Assembly (NCBI GenBank): GCA_039630575.1
Contig: JBCNUW010000001.1
Span: 120,473-184,472 of the forward strand
Direction of reading: 5' to 3'
DNA length: 64,000 nucleotides
From: Candidatus Hydrothermales bacterium
Lineage (GTDB): Bacteria; Hydrothermota; Hydrothermia; Hydrothermales; JAJRUZ01
Shown piece by piece: positions 20,166 through 30,608 of the stretch. Numbering within the stretch: position 1 is the first letter of the stretch; the number at the start of each line of letters is the position of its first letter. The notes beneath the pieces are model-generated. The model did not search any database, was not told the origin of the DNA, and saw only the letters and a program-made list of their open reading frames with translations. The translations under genes were made by a program, and so were the position numbers.

Positions 20166-20760
20166 AGTTTATTTCCCTTTCTTCAGTTATTATACCTTTA
20201 TATAGAAAGGAAATTTGTCTCAATAAAACATAATAGTCAAACTCATTTATTGCTGAAATTGCGTCCTTAGGAACAAAAATTTTATAGCCATGTAAAGCTG
20301 CTGACCCGGCTGTATGTAGTACACATATATTAGCCACAGTTCCTGTTATAACAAGATTTTTAATGTTATTTATTCTTAAAAGATGATCAAATGGTGTACC
20401 AAAAAAAGCATCGTATCTAAGTTTTCTTATTACATAATCACCCTTCTGTGGTTTTAATTCCTCAATTATATCGGATCCCCATGAATCCTTAACAGCGTGT
20501 TTTCCCCAAATTGGAAATTCAATATCTTCCTCTTCATGATAATCCTGTGTAAAAAAAATTTTAACATTACTTTTTCTTGCCTTACTTATTAAATTTTTAA
20601 TGATAGGAACAGTTTTTTTAGCATCTGGCACAAATAGTGCACCTTTTTCATTAACAAAATCATTTTGCATATCCACTATAACTAAGGCACTTTCTTTTGA
20701 ACTTAAAGTTACCTTTTTTTCGTAAAGGATCTCCGGTATTAAAACTTCTTTTTTATTCAT
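20158..20760 (-). CDS. Isochorismatase/nicotinamidase-family cysteine hydrolase
   Basis: IVDMQNDF, QDYH, W..HAV, KLRYDAFFGT, ANICV (Asp/Lys/Cys triad). Confidence 0.88.
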   Translation of the reverse strand: MNKKEVLIPEILYEKKVTLSSKESALVIVDMQNDFVNEKGALFVPDAKKTVPIIKNLISKARKSNVKIFFTQDYHEEEDIEFPIWGKHAVKDSWGSDIIEELKPQKGDYVIRKLRYDAFFGTPFDHLLRINNIKNLVITGTVANICVLHTAGSAALHGYKIFVPKDAISAINEFDYYVLLRQISFLYKGIITEEREINFE

Positions 20761-20778
20761 TTTAAAGATAAAATAAAA

Positions 20779-20789
20779 GGATTTGAACC
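20779..20789 (-). promoter_or_regulatory. T-loop-like leader motif GGTTCAAATCC
   Basis: Ends 18 nt before the ATG of the cysteine hydrolase, on the sense strand. Confidence 0.6.
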
Positions 20790-20833
20790 ACTAAAATTAT
20801 TCTCCCTATAAATATTTTCCTAAATTCTAAAAA

Positions 20834-21031
20834 CTATTTCTTCAATAAGCCTTCTATGGGCTTTAAAAATTGCTCAACTGTAATGTAGGGATTTACCCTA
20901 AGAGCTTTTTCTATAATTTTTTTTCTTTCTTCCTCACTTTCAGCTTTTAAATATTTTTCTCTTAATTTTTTAATTTTCCATTTACGATGCCTTTTTCGAT
21001 TAAGTTCGGTTTCTCTTAGTCTTCCTTTCAT
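20834..21031 (-). CDS. Small basic helical protein (resembles DUF6800-type proteins), likely leaderless
   Basis: 65 aa, RETELNRKRHRKWKIKKLR...; preceded by a near-consensus promoter. Confidence 0.65.
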   Translation of the reverse strand: MKGRLRETELNRKRHRKWKIKKLREKYLKAESEEERKKIIEKALRVNPYITVEQFLKPIEGLLKK

Positions 21032-21037
21032 AGTATA

Positions 21038-21066
21038 ATTATAAATAGAAAATTATAAAATTTCAA
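21038..21066 (-). promoter_or_regulatory. sigma70-type promoter of the small protein (leaderless)
   Basis: TTGAAA(21066-21061)-N17-TATAAT(21043-21038)-N6-ATG. Confidence 0.7.
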
Positions 21067-21074
21067 CTTTAAAA

Positions 21075-23114
21075 TTAAATTTTCTTTTTTAGAAAGGGGG
21101 AATATTTAAGGTGTTTATCACATTCTTTTTTAGGTTCTTTTCCTTCTATATAAATTTCATCTCTTTTTTTTGGACAAAATTTCCCTGCAAGTTTACCAGT
21201 TTCTGTGCAAATTGTCCTATAAATAATACCATGTGGTTTCTTAAAGTCAAGAGTGTCAGGTATCATAAAAATTTCATTTGCTTTTTTCATAAAGTTAGCC
21301 CATATCGGAAGAGCTAAAACAGCTCCAGTTGCTTTATCAAAAAGTGTCATAACTGTATCAAGTCCAACCCATACTCCACAAAGGATCTTGGGGGTAAAAC
21401 CAATGAACCAACTGTCCGTATAGTTGTCTGTAGTTCCTGTTTTTCCTGCTGATATACCTCTAAAGCCGTAGTCCCTTGTGTATACGGCAGTTCCATAAGT
21501 AAAAGTAGATTTCATCATATCTACCAAAATGTATACTTCCCTCTCATCAAATACTCTCTCCTCTCTATACTCAGAGCTCTCTAATACAAGATCTTCTCCG
21601 AGCTTTATTTCTTTAATAATATGCATTTTCTTTCTTTTTCCCAGATTTGCTATTGTCAAGTAGGATTCACACATTTCCCAAAGAGAAAGAGAGGTTGAAC
21701 CAAGTGCTATTGAGAGAAAGGGTGGAATGTGATCTTTTATTCCCAATCTATGAGCAAATTCAATGACAGATCCAGGACCAATTCTTTCAAGTATATTGAC
21801 AGTGGCAAGATTTCTCGATAGAGCAAGACCGTCTCTTACTGTTATGAATCCTAAAAATTGATCATCAAAATTTCTTGGTTTCCAAGGTTTACCTGATCCA
21901 TCATCCTCTATCACGTAGGGTAAATCCTCTATGGGATCTCCAGGAAAGATTCCAGAATGGATAGCTGCTAAATAAATGAAAGGTTTAAAAGCTGATCCAA
22001 CTTGTCTTTTAGCTTGTATAGCTCTGTTAAATTGTGACTTTAAAAAGTTTCTTCCTCCAACAAGTGCGAGAACATCACCTGTTTCTACATCAACAGCAAT
22101 TAAAGCAGCTTCAAGTTTTAAAGAATCTGCCTTTTTATATCTTTTTTTATGATAATTTCTTACCCTTTTGTCAAAATCATTTAATAGTGAATCTATTATA
22201 TTTTCAGCTATTTCTTGAAGTCTTACATCCATAGCAAGTTTCACATTGACACCTTCTTTGTATAGAAAATCCTCACCATAAAGAGAATTTATGTGTTTAC
22301 GAACCTCTTCGAAGTAGTATCTTCCGATTTGTTTTGATTTTCTGTCCCCTTTAACTTTTTTATCAGGCAAAGGTTCAGAAATTGAATTCAAATATGTTTC
22401 TTTGTCAATCACACCGTTTTTATAAAGTATTTCTAAAACAAAATCTCTTCTTTTTTTTGAAAGTTCGGGATTTTTTATAGGTGAGTATACATTTGCGTTT
22501 TTAGGTATTGCAGCCAAAAGTGCAGCTTCTGCCCATGTAACATCATTGGGCAATTTACCAAAAAAGTATTTACAGGCAGCTTTAACTCCATATATGCCGT
22601 CGCCAAAGTAAATTTGGTTAAGGTATTTCTCTAATATTTCATTTTTTGTGAAATTTTTTTCTAAAATTAAAGCTAAAACTATTTCTTTAATTTTTCTATC
22701 TATAGTTTTTTCAAAAGTTAAAAACATATTCCTGGCAAGTTGCTGAGTTATAGTTGAGGCACCTTGAACATAACTTTTTTCTTTTATGTTTATAAAAAAA
22801 GCCTTTATTAATCTTATAAAGTCAATTCCAAAATGGCTGTAAAATCTCTTATCTTCAAGAGTTATGAAAGCTTTTTGTATCCTTGGTGAAATTGAATCAA
22901 GTGAGGTGGGCTCCCTTTTCTCAGTAAAAAACTCATAAACTAATTTATTTTCCCTATCATAAACATGTGTTACTCTTGCTGGCTTATAAAAGTAAACAAG
23001 CTCAAGTGGTGGTAAATCACGTGAAAAGTAGAAAAGAATTGATGCGAAAATTAAGAAAATTAAAATTGAGGAAAGTAAAAGAAAACTAATCCATTTCTTT
23101 AAAGATAAAATCAT
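21075..23114 (-). CDS. Class A penicillin-binding protein (PBP1A family)
   Basis: EDKRFYSHFGID, QGASTITQQLARN, RKIKE, SAFKPF (SxxK), SRN, GKTGT. Confidence 0.93.
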   Translation of the reverse strand: MILSLKKWISFLLLSSILIFLIFASILFYFSRDLPPLELVYFYKPARVTHVYDRENKLVYEFFTEKREPTSLDSISPRIQKAFITLEDKRFYSHFGIDFIRLIKAFFINIKEKSYVQGASTITQQLARNMFLTFEKTIDRKIKEIVLALILEKNFTKNEILEKYLNQIYFGDGIYGVKAACKYFFGKLPNDVTWAEAALLAAIPKNANVYSPIKNPELSKKRRDFVLEILYKNGVIDKETYLNSISEPLPDKKVKGDRKSKQIGRYYFEEVRKHINSLYGEDFLYKEGVNVKLAMDVRLQEIAENIIDSLLNDFDKRVRNYHKKRYKKADSLKLEAALIAVDVETGDVLALVGGRNFLKSQFNRAIQAKRQVGSAFKPFIYLAAIHSGIFPGDPIEDLPYVIEDDGSGKPWKPRNFDDQFLGFITVRDGLALSRNLATVNILERIGPGSVIEFAHRLGIKDHIPPFLSIALGSTSLSLWEMCESYLTIANLGKRKKMHIIKEIKLGEDLVLESSEYREERVFDEREVYILVDMMKSTFTYGTAVYTRDYGFRGISAGKTGTTDNYTDSWFIGFTPKILCGVWVGLDTVMTLFDKATGAVLALPIWANFMKKANEIFMIPDTLDFKKPHGIIYRTICTETGKLAGKFCPKKRDEIYIEGKEPKKECDKHLKYSPFLKKKI

Positions 23115-24357
23115 AATAGTATCTCCCCCTTTTTATTGTCCATTTTTTTTCTTTTTTTACAAATTCACAGAGCACCTTTTCTATTTCTTCTATACTTTTT
23201 ATTTCTACATCTTCAATTTTAACTATGAGGTCCCCTTCTTTTAGACCAATTTTGTCTGCATATTTACCCCTTTTTATATCGTTTATGAAAACACCGTTTT
23301 TCCCATTTTTTAAATTTATTCCCATTACACTCAAAAAACTCTCAATTTTTGAACCAAGTTTAATATTTGTAACGTTCTTTTTACCATTTCTCTCATAAAC
23401 AAGAAGAACATTTTCATCTTTTCGCAAAAGATCCACTTTTTTCCTAAAATCTGAGTAGTTTTTAACAAGGTCTTTACCTATTTTTAAAATGATGTCACCT
23501 GGCTCTAAACCAGCTCTGTCTGCAGGACCATCTTGAAGAACTGAAGTAATGACAATACCTTTATCTATGGGTTTCACTTCAAGTCCCAAAAAACCTCTTG
23601 GATAATAAGAATACAGCTTCAAGTAGTTTACAACAATTTTTAAAAGATTTGATGGAATTGCAAAACCTATTCCTTCAAAACCTCCTGATTTTGAAACAAT
23701 AAAGGTATTCATTCCGATAACTTCACCTCTTGCATTAAGGAGTGGGCCACCTGAATTACCAGGATTAATAGAAGCGTCTGTTTGAATCATACCTCTATAA
23801 ATCCTTTCACCTTCTCCCTTAAAAGTTCTGTTTAAAGCACTTATTACTCCAACAGTAACAGTTGGCTCTACATCTTCCCAGAGATACCCAAAAGGGTTTC
23901 CCATAGCTATTGCCCATTCTCCTCTTTCAAGTTTATCAGAATCAGCAAAATTAAGATAAGGTAAATTTTTGCCATTTATCTTTAAAAGAGCAATATCAAG
24001 GGAATAATCCTTACCTACAACCTTAGCTATAAAATTTCTTCCGTCTGGTAAGGAAACTACTATACTGTCAGAATTACTAATAACATGCTCGTTTGTTAAA
24101 ATGTAACCATCCTCTGAGATTATAAATCCTGAGCCTTGCGAGGATATTCGTTCTTTATATTCAGGAAACTCAAAAAATTCAAGGAAATCTCTGAAAAATG
24201 GATCATTAAAAATTGATGGTGCAAGAGAAACATACCTTGTAGTGAAACAGGTTATTGAAACAACAGCATTTTGACATTTTTTTACTGCATTTATTATTGC
24301 ATTTTCTCTATCTAAGGCTATTTCCTTTTGAAGAAGTAGTAAAATCGTAAAAATCAT
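23086..24357 (-). CDS. HtrA/DegP-family serine protease with two PDZ domains
   Basis: [34 protein letters not shown]. Start placed at the ATGA overlap with the upstream gene. Confidence 0.92.
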   Translation of the reverse strand: MIFTILLLLQKEIALDRENAIINAVKKCQNAVVSITCFTTRYVSLAPSIFNDPFFRDFLEFFEFPEYKERISSQGSGFIISEDGYILTNEHVISNSDSIVVSLPDGRNFIAKVVGKDYSLDIALLKINGKNLPYLNFADSDKLERGEWAIAMGNPFGYLWEDVEPTVTVGVISALNRTFKGEGERIYRGMIQTDASINPGNSGGPLLNARGEVIGMNTFIVSKSGGFEGIGFAIPSNLLKIVVNYLKLYSYYPRGFLGLEVKPIDKGIVITSVLQDGPADRAGLEPGDIILKIGKDLVKNYSDFRKKVDLLRKDENVLLVYERNGKKNVTNIKLGSKIESFLSVMGINLKNGKNGVFINDIKRGKYADKIGLKEGDLIVKIEDVEIKSIEEIEKVLCEFVKKEKKWTIKRGRYYYDFIFKEMD

Positions 24358-25049
24358 TTTCCTAGTAGGGACTCCCAATCTTCAAGAAATCTCTTTATAC
24401 CAATATCTGTTAAGGGATGTTTTAGCATTTTTTCTATAACATCTGGAGGTACTGTAACAATATCTGCACCAAGGGTAAAAGCCTCGATAACATGAATAGG
24501 ATGTCTCACACTAGCAACTAAAAGTTCTGAATCAAAATTATTAAAAGATAAAATTTGGGATAAAATTCTTACAATTTCCATACCCTCATTTGAAATATCA
24601 TCGAGTCTTCCAATAAATGGAGAAATGAATCTTGCTCCTGCTTTTAATGACAAAAGACCTTGTGATGGAGAAAATATTAAAGTCATATTTACATCTATAC
24701 CCTCTGATGTAAGTTTCTTTGTTGCTTTTAAACCCTCCTCTCCGAAGGGTATTTTTATCACTATATTTTTATTAATCTTTGCTAGTTCTATACCTTCCCT
24801 CACCATTCCCTCTTCATCTAAGGCTATAACCTCAGCAGATACAGGACCTTCGACAATTTCACAAATTTTCTCTAAAATTTCTTTACTTTTTTCAAAAATC
24901 TCTCTTTTATCTTTTGGTTTAAAATCAGGATAGAGCCTTTTAATTTCCTTTGATAAAAGAGTAGGATTAGTTGTAGCTCCTTCAATGATACCTAAAGATT
25001 TAAACCTTTTAAGTTCATCCAAGTTTGAGGTATCAGCAAAAATCTTCAT
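24354..25049 (-). CDS. Transaldolase / fructose-6-phosphate aldolase (short family)
   Basis: [48 protein letters not shown]. Confidence 0.92.
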   Translation of the reverse strand: MKIFADTSNLDELKRFKSLGIIEGATTNPTLLSKEIKRLYPDFKPKDKREIFEKSKEILEKICEIVEGPVSAEVIALDEEGMVREGIELAKINKNIVIKIPFGEEGLKATKKLTSEGIDVNMTLIFSPSQGLLSLKAGARFISPFIGRLDDISNEGMEIVRILSQILSFNNFDSELLVASVRHPIHVIEAFTLGADIVTVPPDVIEKMLKHPLTDIGIKRFLEDWESLLGK

Positions 25050-26355
25050 CCTTAAGTCTCTCCTCTTTAAAAGGGATAGAACCTTTTAGTGAAAAAATTC
25101 TAATGAAAAAGACTGTAAAAATTAAAGCATTTATAAATGTGGCAAAGCTATTTAAGGAAAGTAAGAAAATTATTTTATTTTTAAAATCTATTATAAAAAA
25201 AGGTAGTGTTAATATTAAAAGCCAAAGGAGTAGATTCTTAAAAACTATTCCTTCCTTTTTTATTGCAAAAAATACTCTTGAGAAAAATCTTGAAAAAAGA
25301 TAAAAAAGAAGAGATAAAGAAAGAAGCAAAAATTCATCAGTATAAAATTTAAACTTATTCTTTGGAAAAAAAAGATGAAGAAAGGACTTACCGATTGATA
25401 CTATGAAGATTGTAAAAAATACTAAAGAGATAAAAATAAGAATTGAAGAAAGAACGATTGTTCTAAAAAATTTTTTTCTTTTTCCCTCATAATAGGAACT
25501 GGAAATGTGGGGATAAACTGGCACAAAATAGGAATTAAATAGAAGTTTAACAGCCTGAAAGATTGAAATTTCGGCTGTAAAATTACCGATTAAATCATCA
25601 GCAACATTTTTTAATTTTAAAAGCAAAATAGGGTAACTAAAGTAACTTTGAATGAGTGTATTTGAAAAACCCATTGAGAAAATTCCCCCTTTTAAAAAAT
25701 TTAAATTTATCTTAAAGAGAAAACTCCTTTTAAGATAAATTAAATAAAAAAGGAAAAATAAAAAATTAGAAAGTTCAGATAAAATGTAAACTACTATAAA
25801 TAAATTAATCCTATCTATCCCCTTAATAAAGTAAAAAAAACCAAAAAGTAAGAAAAATAATCCTTTTAAAATGTTAACTAAACTAAAGGCATAAAAAAGC
25901 CTTTTTCCTATAAGGAAGCCAATCCCTATTGAGGAAAAAATTGAAAAAAAATGAACTAAGAAAGCACCAAATAAGATGAAAAAATCATTGTTAAAAAATT
26001 TCTTTAATAATAAATCTTTTAGAATTAAGAAAAATAAAATAGAGAGAAGAAATACAAGAGATATATACGTAAAAGATTCATCAACTAAATCCTTGATTTT
26101 TTCACTTTCACCCTTAGCCTTCAATTCGACAATTTTTCTTGAAAGATAGTCTCTAAATCCAGATCCAAGTAAAAAAGAGGTAAAATTATAAAAGGAATAG
26201 AAAACTCCAAGAATCCCAACACCCTCTGAACCAATTACTTTTCCTGAAAATGACAAAAATAGAAAATAAAAGAAGGATTGTGAAAAGTGGCCAAAGGTAG
26301 TCCAAATTGTTCCACCTATTAAACCCTTTGTAAATAATAATTTTTTTAAAATAAT
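25033..26355 (-). CDS. Oligosaccharide flippase (Wzx/MOP superfamily)-like membrane protein
   Basis: Multi-TM protein. The frame stays open upstream of the track's TTG (26256) to 26370; an ATT at 26355 with SD GGAGGA (26367-26362) restores an N-terminal ..[20 protein letters not shown] helix. Confidence 0.7.
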   Translation of the reverse strand: MILKKLLFTKGLIGGTIWTTFGHFSQSFFYFLFLSFSGKVIGSEGVGILGVFYSFYNFTSFLLGSGFRDYLSRKIVELKAKGESEKIKDLVDESFTYISLVFLLSILFFLILKDLLLKKFFNNDFFILFGAFLVHFFSIFSSIGIGFLIGKRLFYAFSLVNILKGLFFLLFGFFYFIKGIDRINLFIVVYILSELSNFLFFLFYLIYLKRSFLFKINLNFLKGGIFSMGFSNTLIQSYFSYPILLLKLKNVADDLIGNFTAEISIFQAVKLLFNSYFVPVYPHISSSYYEGKRKKFFRTIVLSSILIFISLVFFTIFIVSIGKSFLHLFFPKNKFKFYTDEFLLLSLSLLFYLFSRFFSRVFFAIKKEGIVFKNLLLWLLILTLPFFIIDFKNKIIFLLSLNSFATFINALIFTVFFIRIFSLKGSIPFKEERLKDEDFC

Positions 26356-26357
26356 TT

Positions 26358-26960
26358 CTAATCCTCCGTACTATATCCCATCGAAATACCAAAAAATATA
26401 TTAAAACCACTTAATGGGTTTGAAATTATAAAATCTGTTAAATCAGGACTATCAAGAAAATAACCTGAAGTGTATATTCCGTCTACTCCCAAATAAAACG
26501 TAAATATACCAGGTCTTTCACGTGTTAAGTTTACATTAAACTCAATACCAGCTTTTATAACTGGATAAATATAGTTACTGTAATTTTTTTTACCTACTTC
26601 ATCTAAGTTTAATTCTTGAAAACTTCCACCAATACCTACTATGGGATAAAAACCAAAAATTTTTGATTTAAGCAAATTTGCTCCACCATCTAGAATCCAG
26701 GTTTGAAAATAAAACTTATTCAAATTGTTCGGTGAAGAAAATCTATTTTGTTGAAAGTTTAATCTTATAAAACCTTTATCCTTTTTATAAAATCCAGCAC
26801 CAAAAGTATATCCTTGAGAAAAATTTTTTAAAGTTTCACAATTTAAAAGTCTTATTTCATCATTTATGCCCTTTAAATCAAGAAATTGAGAATTCGTGTT
26901 TAAATATATAGATATGCAAGAATTTAAAAATATCAAAAATAAAAACAATAGAACTTTCAT
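26358..26960 (-). CDS. Putative outer-membrane lipoprotein with beta-barrel-like strands
   Basis: MKVLLFLFLIFLNSC lipobox; shares YPIVGIG and YPxIxxG with the upstream gene. Start placed at the TAATG overlap. Confidence 0.6.
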   Translation of the reverse strand: MKVLLFLFLIFLNSCISIYLNTNSQFLDLKGINDEIRLLNCETLKNFSQGYTFGAGFYKKDKGFIRLNFQQNRFSSPNNLNKFYFQTWILDGGANLLKSKIFGFYPIVGIGGSFQELNLDEVGKKNYSNYIYPVIKAGIEFNVNLTRERPGIFTFYLGVDGIYTSGYFLDSPDLTDFIISNPLSGFNIFFGISMGYSTED

Positions 26961-27604
26961 TATCTTCCTCCCAATATAATAAGTACTCCTCCAAGTAAAA
27001 TTGCCCAAATACCTTCAGGTGGAAAGAATCCAGAATACCCTAAGGTTATAAATGGTCCCTGTAACCACCTTTCAAAAGAAAATTGGTAACCTGCTGAAAA
27101 AATAAATCCAGGAGAAAAATTACTTATTTTTCCCTTTGTTACTTCCTTTATAAATGGGTAGGATATCTGAAGACCCCCTCTTATGAAAGGATAAAGTAAC
27201 GTAGTAAAACTTGCATCTTTTAAACCAAATGCTTGCGAGTTAAGTATTCCCAAACCTATACCAACTATGGGATAAACATATGGTCTTACCTTTTGAAAGG
27301 GTAAAATTCCAAAATTAAAAGAACCTTGAAAATAGGTAAATTTTGTCTCAACAGCTTTATAAGTATCAGGAGGACTGTAAAGTTCAGCTTTGCCTTTCCA
27401 TGTATATCCTGCTTGAAAGGATGCAGTGATTATGGCATTTTGGTCTCTCGATATAGCATCAAAGGAAAGACCTATCATCGGATCATCAGGATAGGGAGCT
27501 TTTATACTTTTTAATTCATCCTCTAACATTGGCATATCCCCCTTATAGAGGGAAACAGCACATGACAGTAGATTTAAAAAGAAAATTAGCTTTAAATTTT
27601 TCAT
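26960..27604 (-). CDS. Putative outer-membrane lipoprotein with beta-barrel-like strands (paralog of the downstream gene)
   Basis: MKNLKLIFFLNLLSC lipobox; YVYPIVGIGLG; hydrophobic C-terminal tail; SD GGGGGTG. Confidence 0.6.
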   Translation of the reverse strand: MKNLKLIFFLNLLSCAVSLYKGDMPMLEDELKSIKAPYPDDPMIGLSFDAISRDQNAIITASFQAGYTWKGKAELYSPPDTYKAVETKFTYFQGSFNFGILPFQKVRPYVYPIVGIGLGILNSQAFGLKDASFTTLLYPFIRGGLQISYPFIKEVTKGKISNFSPGFIFSAGYQFSFERWLQGPFITLGYSGFFPPEGIWAILLGGVLIILGGR

Positions 27605-27626
27605 TTCTCACCCCCATTAAAAAATT

Positions 27627-27642
27627 AGCAAATTTCATACCA
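27627..27642 (-). promoter_or_regulatory. Candidate sigma-54 (-24/-12) promoter
   Basis: Minus strand TGGTATGAAATTTGCT has exact GG-N10-GC spacing; the predicted start site lies just before the SD of the 27604 gene. Confidence 0.5.
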
Positions 27643-27690
27643 TCTTTATTATAAAAAAATGCACAAATTTTATTCAAAAAATTTAAAAAT

Positions 27691-29112
27691 CTAATCTATT
27701 TTAATAACAACAATCTTTTCATCAACAAAGTCTCTTAATGCATATTTTGGTCCCTCTCTTCCAAGACCCGAACCTTTAACTCCTCCGTAGGGCATATGAT
27801 CTACTCTAAAAGATGGTATGTCATTTATTATCACACCACCAACTTCAATTTTTCTTGAGAGTGTTAATGCTCTTTTAAGATTATTAGTCAAAATTCCACA
27901 TTGTAGACCATACTCAGAATTGTTAACTTTGAAAACCAGTTCATCCTCTGTTACAAACTCATTACAGACAGCAAGTGGAGCAAAAGCCTCTTTGGCACAA
28001 ACATCACAGTCTTCCGGAGCATCAACAATTAAAAGAGGATATAAAAAGGAACCTTCTCTCTTTAATTCTGGTAGAACTTTTGCTCCTCTTTCGATTGCTC
28101 TTCTTACCATTTCTTCTGCTTTTATAGCAGCATCTTCGGAGATCATGGGTCCCATATCAGTATCTTCTTTCAGTTGATCTCCAACTTTTAAATTTTTTAA
28201 AGCCCTTATATAGTCATCGATAAACTTTTCTTTAATTTTTTTTTCAACATAAATTCTTTGAATGGAAATACAGACTTGTCCTGCAATTGAATAAGCTCCT
28301 TTTAATATTCTGTCGAGTATTACTTTGTAATCAAAATCTGAAAATACACATAAAGCTGAGTTTGAACCAAGTTCAAAAGTCTTTTTCTTTAATCCAGCAA
28401 TTTTAGATATTCTCTCTCCAACTTCCTTTGAACCTGTAAAGCTTATATGCCTTATTCTTTGATCTTTGCATAGGTATTCACCTACAGTTCCACCACCTCC
28501 TGTTAGGAATGAGAATCCTTCAGGAGGAAAACCTGCTTCTAAAACAATTTCAGTTATAATTTTTCCAGTCATAGGTGTAAAGCTTGACGGTTTAAAGATC
28601 ACACTACAACCTGCTGCAATGGCTGGAGCAATTTTATGAAGTGCAAGATTAAGTGGAAAATTAAAGGGTGTTATGGCTAGGACAAGTGGGTCAGGTTCCA
28701 TAATTGTAAAAGCCATCCTCCCTTTTCCAAATTCAGAAGCATCCATAGGAATATACTCTCCATAGATCCTTTTTGCTTCTTCAGCGGAAAATGTAACAGT
28801 CTCAATTGCTCTTTTTGTTTCAAATCTTGCTTCATTAATTGTTTTCCCTGATTCAAGCGAAATAACTTTTGAAATTTCTTCAAATTTCTTTTCGATTAAA
28901 TCTTTGACCTTTAAAAGAATTTTATATCTTTCATAAGATGAAAGTTCTTTTACGAGGCTCCTTTTTTCTACAAGATAAGAGAGTGCCCTTTCAATCTGCT
29001 CATTAGTTGTTTCAGGAAATTCGTATAAAATTTCTTTAGTTCCCTTTTTATAAACAGAAAAAAACTTACTTCCCTCTTGCCATTTTCCTTCAAAAAAAAT
29101 TTTCTCTTTCAT
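27691..29112 (-). CDS. NAD(P)-dependent aldehyde dehydrogenase
   Basis: AITPFNFPLNL, FTGS, ELGSN, GQVCIS, EAFAP, PYGGVKGSGLGREG; SD AGGAGGT supports a start at 29112. Confidence 0.93.
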   Translation of the reverse strand: MKEKIFFEGKWQEGSKFFSVYKKGTKEILYEFPETTNEQIERALSYLVEKRSLVKELSSYERYKILLKVKDLIEKKFEEISKVISLESGKTINEARFETKRAIETVTFSAEEAKRIYGEYIPMDASEFGKGRMAFTIMEPDPLVLAITPFNFPLNLALHKIAPAIAAGCSVIFKPSSFTPMTGKIITEIVLEAGFPPEGFSFLTGGGGTVGEYLCKDQRIRHISFTGSKEVGERISKIAGLKKKTFELGSNSALCVFSDFDYKVILDRILKGAYSIAGQVCISIQRIYVEKKIKEKFIDDYIRALKNLKVGDQLKEDTDMGPMISEDAAIKAEEMVRRAIERGAKVLPELKREGSFLYPLLIVDAPEDCDVCAKEAFAPLAVCNEFVTEDELVFKVNNSEYGLQCGILTNNLKRALTLSRKIEVGGVIINDIPSFRVDHMPYGGVKGSGLGREGPKYALRDFVDEKIVVIKID

Positions 29113-29156
29113 ATTTACCTCCTTATGCAAAATAGTTTATAATTTTATGAAAATCT

Positions 29157-30320
29157 ATGGGAAATATAAAAATAGTTTCAGCTGAAAATGATAGAGATTT
29201 AGAACTTTTTATAAAAACTCAAAGTGAAATTTATAAGAGTTTACCACTTGTTGGATATGTAGAACCTTTAAAAGTTTTAGAGATGAATCATTTAAATCCA
29301 AGAGGTCACAATCCTCTTTTCAAGAAAATGTTTGTAAGGTATTTTATTGCTTTAAAGAATGATAAACCTGTAGGAAGGATTAGTGCATATAAGGTTTTTC
29401 ATAAGGTTTTTGGTATTGACGAAAAGATTACAGGTTTTTTTGGACATTTTGAATCAATTCCTGATAAGGAAGTTGCTTCATTGTTGCTTGAAAGTGCGCA
29501 GAGTTTCCTTAAAAGTTTAAATTGTGAAAAAATAATAGGTCCTGCGAGTTTTGCATATGATGGTGTTTACGGTGTTCAAATCAAAGGTTTTGAATATCTT
29601 CCGATGGTTATGACTCCCTGGAATCCTGAGTACTATTCTGATCTCATTGAAGAATGTGGATATAAGAAAATGATAGATTTTTTGGGTTGGTTTATCCCTT
29701 TATACGTAATCCATCCAAGACTATCTAAAATTGTGAGTGTAGAAGATAGACTCTATAGAGAAAATGGTATAAAAATTAGAAAGGCAAATTTAAAAAATTT
29801 TAAAGAGGAACTTAAGAAGGTAAAGGATATATACAATAGTGCTTGGGAAAACAATTTTGGAACAGTTCCTCTTGAAGAGGAGGATATTGAGTACATAGCA
29901 GAGAATCTAAAACCTTTAATTGTGAATGATGGGGCATTAATTTCAGAGATAAAAGGTGAACCTGTAGGAGTTGCCATAGGAATTCCTAATTTTCTTGAAG
30001 CGATAAGGGATTTTAAGGGTAATTTAAATCCTCTAAACACAGTTAAACTTTTATGGCGTTTAAACAAATTGCCTTTCTCATCTGGTATTCCAAGACTTAA
30101 ATCGGCAAGACTTTTAATCCTTGGAGTAAAAAAGGAGTATCAAGAGGGTGTAGGTGTTTTGATGGCAGCAAAAATTTTACTTAAGGGTTATGAGTTTGGT
30201 TATAAATACGGAGAAGGCTCTTTAACTTTAGAGAATAATTATGATATTAACAATTTAATAAGAAGGTTAGGAGGCTTGCCTTATAAGATTTATAGGGTAT
30301 TTTATAAAGAAATTTCTTAG
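29157..30320 (+). CDS. GNAT-fold acetyltransferase (YghO-like)
   Basis: PVGRISA, GFFGHFE, PWNPEYY, IYNSAWENNFG, RLLILGV, LENN, YKIYRVF. Confidence 0.75.
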   Translation: MGNIKIVSAENDRDLELFIKTQSEIYKSLPLVGYVEPLKVLEMNHLNPRGHNPLFKKMFVRYFIALKNDKPVGRISAYKVFHKVFGIDEKITGFFGHFESIPDKEVASLLLESAQSFLKSLNCEKIIGPASFAYDGVYGVQIKGFEYLPMVMTPWNPEYYSDLIEECGYKKMIDFLGWFIPLYVIHPRLSKIVSVEDRLYRENGIKIRKANLKNFKEELKKVKDIYNSAWENNFGTVPLEEEDIEYIAENLKPLIVNDGALISEIKGEPVGVAIGIPNFLEAIRDFKGNLNPLNTVKLLWRLNKLPFSSGIPRLKSARLLILGVKKEYQEGVGVLMAAKILLKGYEFGYKYGEGSLTLENNYDINNLIRRLGGLPYKIYRVFYKEIS

Positions 30321-30341
30321 TTTTATCTTATAATTATAAGA

Positions 30342-30608
30342 ATGGGAGAAAAAAATTTCTCATTTTTTGAATGTAAAAGTTGTGGAACTCCAGTTGGTAC
30401 AAGGAAAAATAAAGAACCAAACTTCTGTCCGCTTTGTAGAGGCAAAATGGTAAAAATAGAAACGGAAATAGACTTAAAAATAAAAATTTCTTGTCCTGAT
30501 TGTAAAAATGAATTTTTAGTTGAGGAAAATTTTGTTCCCTATAAATGTGTATTTTGTAATTTTACTTTTACTGTTTCACCTAACCGTAGATTTGAAGAGA
30601 GACTCTAA
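30342..30608 (+). CDS. Small double zinc-ribbon protein
   Basis: Four CxxC pairs (CKSC, CPLC, CPDC, CVFC) without His; TATAAT 7 nt before the ATG. Confidence 0.7.
   Translation: MGEKNFSFFECKSCGTPVGTRKNKEPNFCPLCRGKMVKIETEIDLKIKISCPDCKNEFLVEENFVPYKCVFCNFTFTVSPNRRFEERL

Noticed and set aside
20761..20833. TPP riboswitch for the thiD-containing operon
   Set aside because: No CTGAGA or other TPP core in this short spacer.
30342..30608. Zinc-ribbon protein as another cytochrome
   Set aside because: The CxxC pairs are not followed by His and there is no signal peptide.
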